Part shown: piece after piece, positions 6,832 through 13,097 of the stretch
Layout: each line of letters begins with the position of its first letter
How positions within the stretch are numbered: position 1 is the stretch's first letter
From: a virus
Reading direction: 5' to 3' (one strand)
IMG/VR virus record: IMGVR_UViG_3300045988_014547
Length of the DNA: 38,085 nucleotides
Notes under the pieces: generated by a model
The model's input: only the letters and a program-made list of their open reading frames with translations
Told to the model about the DNA's origin: nothing
Database searches by the model: none
Made by a program: the position numbers and the translations under genes

Positions 6832-7908
6832 ATGGGATGTATCAAATGCGGTCGAGACATTCCCGACGGGGCCATGTTCTGCCCGTGGTGCGGAAAAAAA
6901 CAGGTGCAAGAAAAGCGGAAGGCACTCAAACGGGCAAACGGGACAGGCACGGTTTACAAGCTGTCAGGCCGTCGCAGCCGTCCGTGGGTCGCGGCTAAAA
7001 ACAAGATGGTCATTGGGTATTACGCGAAGAAAACAGAGGCCATGGAAGCCATAGAGCGACTGGCTGGTAGATCAATCTCAGAGCGGTACAATATGACATT
7101 CGAAGAGGTATTTCAGGAATGGAAAGCGGAACACTTCCGGGAAATTGGAGAAAAGAGCATTGCCGCATATGAAAACGCTTACGCAAAAAGCAAGGAGCTC
7201 TATGGTAGGCAGTTTCGCTCCCTGCGCGTAAAGGACTTCCAGTCAATTATTGATAACAACAAAGCTGCCAAGTCACGCTCCGCACAAGCCAAATACAAGC
7301 ATCTGTTTGTGCAACTATCAGAGTGGGCCGTGCGCGAGGAGGCTGCTACGACAAACTACGCCAGATTTGTGAAGCTAGACGGTGAAAAGCCGAAAGAAAA
7401 AGCTGTGTTTACAGATTCAGATATCAAAAAAATGGAAGCAGCCGGAACACCCGCAGCAAAACTCACCCTCATGCTGATTTACACCGGGATGCGCATCGGC
7501 GAAATGTTTTCCCTGCCGCTTTCCGGATATCATGAAACCTATGTTATCGGCGGCGAAAAAACAGAAGCGGGCCGAAATCGAATCATACCGATCCGCCCAG
7601 AGGGGCGTGCCTACTTTGCAGAGATCGCAGCTAGAGCAGACGGTGATCTTCTGATTTCCGGGTATGACGGGCAAAAAGTAGCTGAAAACTTCCGGAAGCG
7701 AGATTATTACCCGATGTTGGAGCAGCTCGGTATTGAAAAAAAGCCACCGCACGCAACGCGTCACACCTTCGCAAGCTGGGCCGTCTCCGCCGGGATCAGA
7801 CCGGAAATGCTGCAGAAAATTCTTGGTCACTCAAACTATGATACAACAGCAGATATATACGTCCACGCAAATATTGATCAGCTTGTGGAAGCGGTAGAAG
7901 CGCACTGA
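6832..7908 (+). CDS. int: Tyrosine integrase with N-terminal zinc ribbon
   Basis: ATG at 6832 after AGGAGGG. Begins MGCIKCGRDIPDGAMFCPWCGKK. C-terminal catalytic signature HATRHTFAS...LGHSNYDTTADIYVH. Confidence 0.9.
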   Translation: MGCIKCGRDIPDGAMFCPWCGKKQVQEKRKALKRANGTGTVYKLSGRRSRPWVAAKNKMVIGYYAKKTEAMEAIERLAGRSISERYNMTFEEVFQEWKAEHFREIGEKSIAAYENAYAKSKELYGRQFRSLRVKDFQSIIDNNKAAKSRSAQAKYKHLFVQLSEWAVREEAATTNYARFVKLDGEKPKEKAVFTDSDIKKMEAAGTPAAKLTLMLIYTGMRIGEMFSLPLSGYHETYVIGGEKTEAGRNRIIPIRPEGRAYFAEIAARADGDLLISGYDGQKVAENFRKRDYYPMLEQLGIEKKPPHATRHTFASWAVSAGIRPEMLQKILGHSNYDTTADIYVHANIDQLVEAVEAH

Positions 7909-7938
7909 CGCAGACATTTTTTCATATATGCAACCGCA

Positions 7939-7960
7939 TTGTTAGCAACGTGTTAGTAAC
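7939..7960. repeat. Arm-type repeat (left of attP core)
   Basis: ttgttagcaacgtgttagtaac matches 8174-8195 at 20 of 22 positions. Each copy is itself a tandem TGTTAG[CT]AA dimer. Confidence 0.6.
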
Positions 7961-8071
7961 CGAAGTAGAACGTCGTGCACTCTGGAAACTTTTTAAATGT
8001 GCACAATCAGTAAATTCCGCTAAATTCTATTGCATTTCAAACTATAATGTTTATTTTTTTAATCTCGTCAA

Positions 8072-8116
8072 ATTCGTAATCAGCAGGTCGCCGGTTCGAG
8101 TCCGGCCAGTAGCTCC
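8072..8116 (+). other. attP core: 3' half of a tRNA (anticodon loop to CCA; Thr-CGU-like if the loop is part of the identity block)
   Basis: ttcgtaa-tcagc-aggtc-GCCGG-TTCGAGT-CCGGC-cagtagc-t-cca gives a T-arm, 3' acceptor strand and CCA. No matching 5' acceptor or D-arm lies upstream. Located 160 nt downstream of int. Confidence 0.65.
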
Positions 8117-8156
8117 AAAAAATCCTTGAAAACATCGCGTTTTCAAGGATTTTTTT
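8117..8156. terminator. Bidirectional intrinsic terminator
   Basis: A-run, then 12-bp stem atccttgaaaac / gttttcaaggat with loop atcgc, then T-run. Confidence 0.7.
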
Positions 8157-8173
8157 ATGTGGTCTCGCCTATT

Positions 8174-8195
8174 TTGTTAGTAATGTGTTAGTAAC
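8174..8195. repeat. Arm-type repeat (right of attP core)
   Basis: ttgttagtaatgtgttagtaac; direct repeat of 7939-7960. Confidence 0.6.
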
Positions 8196-8201
8196 TAAGG
8201 G

Positions 8202-8516
8202 TTAAGCGTTGCCAAGCCTGGCAAGAACAGAATTATACGCCGCGGGGTTCACAACTCGAAGCACATCCATTAACTCATCAATAATGGACCATGCCTTTAC
8301 GCTGTCTACCCCAGATACAGCAAGCAAAAACTCGCTTTCTCCATCAATAGACACCGGCTGTGGTTCGTAAACCTCCGAGTTTGAACAGAGCCGTTTGTAA
8401 ATCATCGCAGCATAGAGAGGGGCCAGCCGTTCCATCGTCGCATAAGATGTGTCGCGACTCGCCTCCATGTTGATGATTTCTTTTTCAATCTCGTCAAAGT
8501 CGATCATGGGCGTCAC
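8202..8516 (-). CDS. Hypothetical protein (accessory cassette, gene 6)
   Basis: 104-aa ORF with a GTG or ATG start overlapping the upstream stop. No motif recognised. Confidence 0.55.
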   Translation of the reverse strand: MTPMIDFDEIEKEIINMEASRDTSYATMERLAPLYAAMIYKRLCSNSEVYEPQPVSIDGESEFLLAVSGVDSVKAWSIIDELMDVLRVVNPAAYNSVLARLGNA

Positions 8517-8821
8517 CCGCGATACATCGCCTGATAGTCTTTGACCTCTTTTGCTCTTTCGATCTGCTTCTCGTGCAGGTAGTCATATACGGCCAGCATC
8601 GCGGTAGGTGGCTCGCCGTTTTCCTTGCGGTACTGGGCGATGATGCGCGCGACCTCATCATGCAGCAGTGTCATGTGCCGCATTTCGTCGGTCGACAGGT
8701 CATAAAAAGTTTTCGAGAGCGCGGGGTTCTCTTCCTTATATTTCAGCGCGCACTTGGCATACTTTCCCGCGTCCTCGATCTCTTCGTCGATCATCTCGGA
8801 GAGTTTTTCAATCAACTTCAT
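8513..8821 (-). CDS. Helical, possibly ferritin-like four-helix-bundle protein (accessory cassette, gene 5)
   Basis: ATG at 8821 with AAAGGAG RBS. Sequence MKLIEKLSEMIDEEIEDAGKYAKCALKYKEE...DEMRHMTLLHDEV. The E..H spacing is reminiscent of ferritin-like folds, but the fold call is weak. Confidence 0.45.
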   Translation of the reverse strand: MKLIEKLSEMIDEEIEDAGKYAKCALKYKEENPALSKTFYDLSTDEMRHMTLLHDEVARIIAQYRKENGEPPTAMLAVYDYLHEKQIERAKEVKDYQAMYRG

Positions 8822-8834
8822 GGCCGTTCTCCTT

Positions 8835-9236
8835 TCAGACGCGCTGCACGCGCAGGGCGACATTGCTGACGGTCGATGCCGCGCCGGTCAGCACCAGCGT
8901 GAGCGCAGCGCCGGACGCGCAGCACGCCTGACGCACCAGCGCGGGGAATGCCAGAACAACAGGAGCACCGGCAGCTCCCGCAGCGGAAGCGGTAGCGCCG
9001 GGAACGGCAATGCCGTCCTTGTAGAGAGTCGCCGTGACCGTGCCAGCTGCCGTCGGTGCGACGGTGATAGACGCGTCAACGTCGTAATAGCCATTGCCGA
9101 CGATGTTGGCGGCATTGCCATTGAGCGTGATGTCGCAGCCGTAGCGACGGATCAGGCTTCCAAGTGGGATAACGCCATTGACGGCAACCTCAGTCGGCGT
9201 CTGCATGGCAGTGTAAAGAGCGGATTTACAAGACAT
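8835..9236 (-). CDS. Ala/Gly/Thr/Val-rich beta-type protein, possibly a BclA-C-terminal/C1q-like jelly roll (accessory cassette, gene 4)
   Basis: ATG at 9236 with AAAGGAG RBS. Sequence MSCKSALYTAMQTPTEVAVNGVIPLGSLIRRYGCDITLNGNAANIVGNGYYDVDASITVAPTAAGTVTATLYKDGIAVPGATA...ALTLVLTGAASTVSNVALRVQRV. The alternating beta pattern resembles exosporium BclA CTD-type domains. Cysteines at residues 3, 34 and 104-105. Confidence 0.4.
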   Translation of the reverse strand: MSCKSALYTAMQTPTEVAVNGVIPLGSLIRRYGCDITLNGNAANIVGNGYYDVDASITVAPTAAGTVTATLYKDGIAVPGATASAAGAAGAPVVLAFPALVRQACCASGAALTLVLTGAASTVSNVALRVQRV

Positions 9237-9261
9237 AGTAAAGTCTCCTTTCAAAATATAA

Positions 9262-9284
9262 GGGCGAGGGGATGGCCCTCGCCC
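9262..9284 (-). promoter_or_regulatory. GC-rich hairpin with T-rich tail between cassette genes 3 and 4 (attenuator, terminator or processing site)
   Basis: 9-bp stem gggcgaggg / ccctcgccc with loop gatgg. On the minus strand it is followed by TTATATTTTGA and then the gene-4 RBS. Confidence 0.45.
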
Positions 9285-9335
9285 ATTCACCCGGCCAAAG
9301 AGGGCCTGAACTGTTTCCGGTTTGGAAATAGTTAC

Positions 9336-9974
9336 TCAGATATTGCCGTTGCAGCCGCTATTGCAGCCACAGAACGGGGACGAGCCAGCGCTGTATGTAA
9401 GGCCATTGGGATAGCGAACGACGCCACACATGCGGTTGTCCATTTCAAGGCTTGCTACCTTGTCGCGGAGCGCCTGAAGTTCGTTCGCCTGCATCATTGC
9501 GCGGGTCGCCTCGCCCTCAGCGTGGATGGCCGTCGTGATGTCGCAAGTCTGGCGATCCATCTGCGCGGACAGATTGGCAGTCGCCAGGCGGTTGTCGCAG
9601 CAGCACTGCGCAATCTGGCCATGAATACTGTTGCCGGTCTGCATGATCGTTGTGTTTGTGCCAGCCTGCGCCAGCGCGACCTCCTTGCCAATTTGGCCAA
9701 TATTTCCCTGCATCTCATAGCCGAGCGTGCATAGACCGTTGCCTACGTTGGTGATTCGATCGTTGAGCTGTCCAAAGTGCTGGCCGAACAAGATTTCCTG
9801 TTGGCTGGCTGCAGTGGCGTACTGCCCAAACTCGCCCTGGCGGTTGAAGCCACCCCATCCGCCGCCCATAAAGACGAACAAGAAAAGGATGATAATCCAC
9901 CATGCGCCACCGCCGCCCCAACCGTCGTTGTCTTTGCTAACTGCAGCGAGATCGGAAAGGCTATAGTTGTCCAA
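9336..9974 (-). CDS. Gly/Trp-rich membrane protein with Cys-rich ectodomain (accessory cassette, gene 3)
   Basis: Likely TTG start at 9974 (AAGAGGTG 6 nt upstream); the track ORF starts at 9992. Contains DNDGWGGGGAWWIIILFLFVFMGGGWGGF (TM), then a Q/N/G-rich region with QCCCDNR and a C-terminal FCGCNSGCNGNI. Confidence 0.55.
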   Translation of the reverse strand: MDNYSLSDLAAVSKDNDGWGGGGAWWIIILFLFVFMGGGWGGFNRQGEFGQYATAASQQEILFGQHFGQLNDRITNVGNGLCTLGYEMQGNIGQIGKEVALAQAGTNTTIMQTGNSIHGQIAQCCCDNRLATANLSAQMDRQTCDITTAIHAEGEATRAMMQANELQALRDKVASLEMDNRMCGVVRYPNGLTYSAGSSPFCGCNSGCNGNI

Positions 9975-10021
9975 GTTAAACACCTCTTTCAAATTAAAAT
10001 TATAAACCGTGTCGACCCGGC

Positions 10022-10240
10022 TTATTTCAAAAATTGTATGAAGTCCTTTGCTTGTTTTTGAAGCTGCTGAAATTGATCCTGCGTCATCTGCCCGGACGAC
10101 AGCAACTGTTCAATCTGCTGCTTCGCATTCTGCGGCGTCATACCGGCTGCAAATTTTCTAAACTCAGATATCATTGCAAGCGGGTTATTCTGCTTTCTGG
10201 CCCCGTTTCCCATCAACATTTGCATCATCGGATTTGCCAT
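10022..10240 (-). CDS. Small Q-rich protein (accessory cassette, gene 2)
   Basis: 72 aa. RBS GGAGGA 8 nt upstream of the ATG. Confidence 0.55.
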   Translation of the reverse strand: MANPMMQMLMGNGARKQNNPLAMISEFRKFAAGMTPQNAKQQIEQLLSSGQMTQDQFQQLQKQAKDFIQFLK

Positions 10241-10574
10241 TGATCAAGTCCTCCAATCTCTTCACGCGCTCCTCTAAACTGTTGACATCCACCGGCAAGG
10301 CCGTCTGATATGGTGCAATGCTATACGGTGTGGTCGTCGCATAGCCAGCACCATCCGTCACTTTTAGCCATACAATAGGATCGTTTTCATCCATCAGCAG
10401 AACAGAGCTATTCGGGGCTAGCCTGAGCGCGTCTGCGCCGTTTTTCCCGTTCACGCGGATAATTTGGCCGTTGAAAACTTGCTGCGCTCCTGCGGCGTTC
10501 TGCGGCCCGGTAGGCATGTAATTACTGTATGGGTTATATGGTTGATAAGTATTTCCGTAGTACGGGTATGCCAT
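10185..10574 (-). CDS. Protein with Tyr/Pro/Asn-rich N-terminus (accessory cassette, gene 1)
   Basis: ATG at 10574 after GGAAAGGAATGTGGAG. Sequence MAYPYYGNTYQPYNPYSNYMPTGPQ... followed by a globular region and a short coiled coil. Overlaps gene 2 by 56 nt. Confidence 0.55.
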   Translation of the reverse strand: MAYPYYGNTYQPYNPYSNYMPTGPQNAAGAQQVFNGQIIRVNGKNGADALRLAPNSSVLLMDENDPIVWLKVTDGAGYATTTPYSIAPYQTALPVDVNSLEERVKRLEDLINGKSDDANVDGKRGQKAE

Positions 10575-10692
10575 CGCTCCACATTCCTTTCCTCTAGCAT
10601 TGGGTTGAATAGAATCGCACATTTTTAATTTCCATATAAATCATACAACACGTCGATGCGCGCTGTGCCTCAAAAGCGCATCATCTTTGCGC

Positions 10693-10720
10693 AAAAAAAC
10701 GCCGCCCCGAAGGGCGGCGT
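10693..10720 (-). terminator. Intrinsic terminator (minus sense); copy 1 of a duplicated hairpin
   Basis: 9-bp stem acgccgccc / gggcggcgt with CGAA tetraloop, followed on the minus strand by TTTTTTT. The 26-nt core is identical to 11514-11539. Confidence 0.7.
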
Positions 10721-10753
10721 AAGCTTAACTTTTAAAATATTTTGAAAAAACGC

Positions 10754-10782
10754 TTGACATACCACGCAATGCGTGGTATTAT
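10754..10782 (+). promoter_or_regulatory. Strong promoter with a perfect palindromic operator in its spacer
   Basis: TTGACA (10754-10759), 17-nt spacer, TATTAT (10777-10782). ACCACGCA-A-TGCGTGGT (10761-10777) fills the spacer. An AT-rich UP-like tract lies upstream. Confidence 0.65.
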
Positions 10783-10826
10783 AATCATGCAAACAAAAGA
10801 GGGCAATAGCCCATGAGGATAAAAAA

Positions 10827-11096
10827 ATGAAGCTTACTGATGGAAAGAAAACTGTGGAGATCAAGATCCAGCGTTGGAACGGTTCCGGCTATGACCCCGA
10901 TTGGAGCGCCGACTACTTTACCGCGGGCTCCCTACCGTACAACGAAGAGACCGACACCTACACTGTCGAGGATGTGGATTACTGCATCGAGGCCGCGAAC
11001 ATGGCCAACGAAGACGGCGCTTGCGGCAAGTATGATGAGAATGGCGATCTCGTCCGCGACGAAGACATGTTCGTTTTTGTCGAAGAACTGAATTAA
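10827..11096 (+). CDS. Acidic hypothetical protein (moron gene 1)
   Basis: 89 aa with a GAGGA RBS. One of the few plus-strand genes inside the minus-strand late region. Confidence 0.6.
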   Translation: MKLTDGKKTVEIKIQRWNGSGYDPDWSADYFTAGSLPYNEETDTYTVEDVDYCIEAANMANEDGACGKYDENGDLVRDEDMFVFVEELN

Positions 11097-11110
11097 AGGA
11101 GGAATTTACC

Positions 11111-11461
11111 ATGACCGACAAGCAGTTTTACAGCATCTTTACTGACGCGATCTCGGATGATGGTGCATCACGCGAAGCTTTTGTCTCCGACTGGGCGCTG
11201 AGCTCCATTTGGGATGACGATGATACCCGGGATATCCCAGATGAGCGCATTACCGAGATTGGGGATATTTGGGATGTTGCCCACCTAACGATTTGCGACA
11301 TCCGACAGTATGCCGACCTGTCGCAAGCAAAATTTGCAACTCGCTTTTGCATCCCCCGCCGATCTATTGAGGATTGGGAGTCCGGCGCAAGACGTTGCCC
11401 AGACTATTTGCGTTTGTTGCTTGCACAGGCTGTTGGTTTGTACAATAAGCCTGTTGTCTGA
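11111..11461 (+). CDS. Protein with C-terminal XRE/MqsA-type HTH (moron gene 2)
   Basis: 116 aa with an AAAGGAGGA RBS. C-terminus IRQYADLSQAKFATRFCIPRRSIEDWESGARRCPDYLRLLL resembles antitoxin-type HTH domains. Confidence 0.6.
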   Translation: MTDKQFYSIFTDAISDDGASREAFVSDWALSSIWDDDDTRDIPDERITEIGDIWDVAHLTICDIRQYADLSQAKFATRFCIPRRSIEDWESGARRCPDYLRLLLAQAVGLYNKPVV

Positions 11462-11513
11462 TACCAACGCCGAATAGCTGTGTCTCACTTGTGTATCATA
11501 TTTGACAGAAAAC

Positions 11514-11539
11514 AAAAACGCCGCCCCGAAGGGCGGCGT
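11514..11539 (-). terminator. Intrinsic terminator of the late/lysis operon; copy 2 of the duplicated hairpin
   Basis: Same stem-loop as 10699-10720, followed on the minus strand by TTTTTGTTTTC. Confidence 0.7.
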
Positions 11540-11543
11540 TTAG

Positions 11544-11792
11544 TCAATGCTTAATATGCTTGGTTGCGATCTCCATTTTTCGCTGTATTTCTGGTAAGCG
11601 GCGCTGTACTGTCGCTCTCCCAAGATACAGCTCTGAGGCTATATCAACTTGTGGAATGCGATCCACAAAGTATAGCCGTGCAATCTTTTCGTTCTCTCGG
11701 CCAACACCTGCTGCATCAATCACCTGGAGAAGTTCCGGTTTTGTCAAGCCGGATAAGTCATCTGGCAGGCGTCCCCGCGCCTGCGGACTCAT
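11544..11792 (-). CDS. Small sigma-70 region-4-like HTH protein
   Basis: 82 aa. Contains ENEKIARLYFVDRIPQVDIASELYLGRATVQRRL. The ATG overlaps the endolysin stop. Confidence 0.5.
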   Translation of the reverse strand: MSPQARGRLPDDLSGLTKPELLQVIDAAGVGRENEKIARLYFVDRIPQVDIASELYLGRATVQRRLPEIQRKMEIATKHIKH

Positions 11793-12595
11793 TTGGCCCG
11801 CAGCACCATCGCCGCGACCTCCTCGCGCTTGGCATACCCGCCCGGGCGCGTGCCGTCGGTGATCCCCGCCGATACGGCAGCGGCCAGCTCCTCCTTTGCC
11901 CAGGCGCTGGCCTCGGTTCCCTTGCCCTCAAGGGCAACCTGGATGCGCGCATCAATCAGTGCAATCACTTCCGCTTTCGTCATGTCGATCTCCTCCTTTG
12001 GTTTCATTGCTTTTTCCACATCCTGCCGGAACCCCGCCATTGTATACGGCAGGCCCAGGCCGCGCCACAGATGTTCCGGGTCGACGTGGCCGCTGGCAAT
12101 GCCCCGCTTGCCCGCTTCGTTGTGGCTGAGGATTACGCCGTCCGCCAGCGGATTTTTCCCGTGGAAGCTGCACAGCCGTGCAAAGAGCTGCACAGCGTGC
12201 TGGTACGTCTTGCGGCAATACGCCTGGGCCGCAGCCTTGTCCTGCACAGTAAATCTTGCGCCGCCGGTATAGCGAATCTGCCCCGGTTCGCACATCTCAA
12301 AGCCAATGTACCCATTGTTTCCCGCAGGCTTCCCCGCGTGGGGCATACGCTTCACCTTGCCCGGGGTCTCCAGGCAGGGGGCGGTGAGGTAGACGGTGTC
12401 GGCTCCAATAAAGCCGTTGATCCCCGCATAGGTGAAGCTTGCCTTGTCCCACTGCCGGATAAAGACCAGCGGGTCCGGCTGGCCGACGCCGACGGAGTGG
12501 AGGAAGAACCCCCGGAAGGCGGGTCCTGTGATCCACCGCCCGTCATTGAAATACGGATTCTTCGTCAGATACTTTGTCTCAAGTCGCATCTGCAT
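11789..12595 (-). CDS. Endolysin, N-acetylmuramoyl-L-alanine amidase (Amidase_2/PGRP type) with SLH-like C-terminal motif
   Basis: 268 aa. Located after the holin. Contains HSVG...GFEMCEP...SHNEAG..G.ASGHVDPEHLW. C-terminus SAWAKEELAAAVSAGITDGTRPGGYAKREEVAAMVLRA. Confidence 0.8.
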   Translation of the reverse strand: MQMRLETKYLTKNPYFNDGRWITGPAFRGFFLHSVGVGQPDPLVFIRQWDKASFTYAGINGFIGADTVYLTAPCLETPGKVKRMPHAGKPAGNNGYIGFEMCEPGQIRYTGGARFTVQDKAAAQAYCRKTYQHAVQLFARLCSFHGKNPLADGVILSHNEAGKRGIASGHVDPEHLWRGLGLPYTMAGFRQDVEKAMKPKEEIDMTKAEVIALIDARIQVALEGKGTEASAWAKEELAAAVSAGITDGTRPGGYAKREEVAAMVLRAK

Positions 12596-12785
12596 CCACC
12601 TCCGGCAGCCCAGCGACCGACGTCAGCAGACTCACGACTCCCGCCAGTGCCGCCGTCCCGGCCACCGTGACCCAATCCACGTCCGTAATCATCGCCGCCG
12701 CCGGAATGAGCGCCACCGCCGTCTGGCAGACCGTCTTCCCGGCCCGCACCAATGCAGCCCGCAGCCATTTTCTAAAATTCTTCAT
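12579..12785 (-). CDS. Holin (r1t/LL-H-like)
   Basis: ATG at 12785 after AAAGGGGGG. Sequence MKNFRKWLRAALVRAGKTVCQTAVALIPAAAMI..VDW..VAGTAALAGVVSLLTSVAGLPE. Immediately upstream of the endolysin. Confidence 0.65.
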   Translation of the reverse strand: MKNFRKWLRAALVRAGKTVCQTAVALIPAAAMITDVDWVTVAGTAALAGVVSLLTSVAGLPEVDADAT

Positions 12786-12799
12786 GCCGTACCCCCCTT

Positions 12800-13084
12800 T
12801 CACTGTACCGTGTGCTCTTTGAGCAACTGTTCATAGTATTTTTTCACGTCTCCGTTGCCGCCGAGTTCGATATACTTCTGTCCGGCAATAATCCGCTCCG
12901 AAATTGGCATATCCCGGGACATAGTAGTAAGCCGCAGAATTGCCAAGTATTGCTCCCGGTCATGCTTTGTCAGCACCTTTACCTCGTTCAGCAGCTTAAC
13001 AATTGGCTTTCCCACCTTCTGCGCGATCAGCCCAACCGCGCTGACCAACGCCCCGGCGGTAATCAGCATCTCGTACCATTCCAA
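12800..13084 (-). CDS. N-terminally membrane-anchored protein, unknown function (lysis- or tail-associated)
   Basis: Probable TTG start at 13084 (AAGGGGGGTGA RBS) or ATG at 13069. TM segment MLITAGALVSAVGLIAQ. Confidence 0.5.
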   Translation of the reverse strand: MEWYEMLITAGALVSAVGLIAQKVGKPIVKLLNEVKVLTKHDREQYLAILRLTTMSRDMPISERIIAGQKYIELGGNGDVKKYYEQLLKEHTVQ

Positions 13085-13097
13085 ACCATCACCCCCC

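Noticed and set aside
8040-8116. A complete tRNA gene downstream of the integrase.
   Set aside because: Only the anticodon loop, variable loop, T-arm and 3' acceptor strand are present. The upstream sequence cannot pair with the acceptor 3' strand or form a D-arm. It is interpreted as the attP core.
8754-12670. Long plus-strand ORFs (326 aa at 8754-9734, 368 aa at 11564-12670), and similar ones at 14070-15212, 23420-24013 and 35996-36859.
   Set aside because: These are shadow ORFs typical of GC-rich DNA. They have no RBS and are Arg/Ala/Gly/Pro-biased. They are fully overlapped by minus-strand genes with recognisable functions and RBSs.
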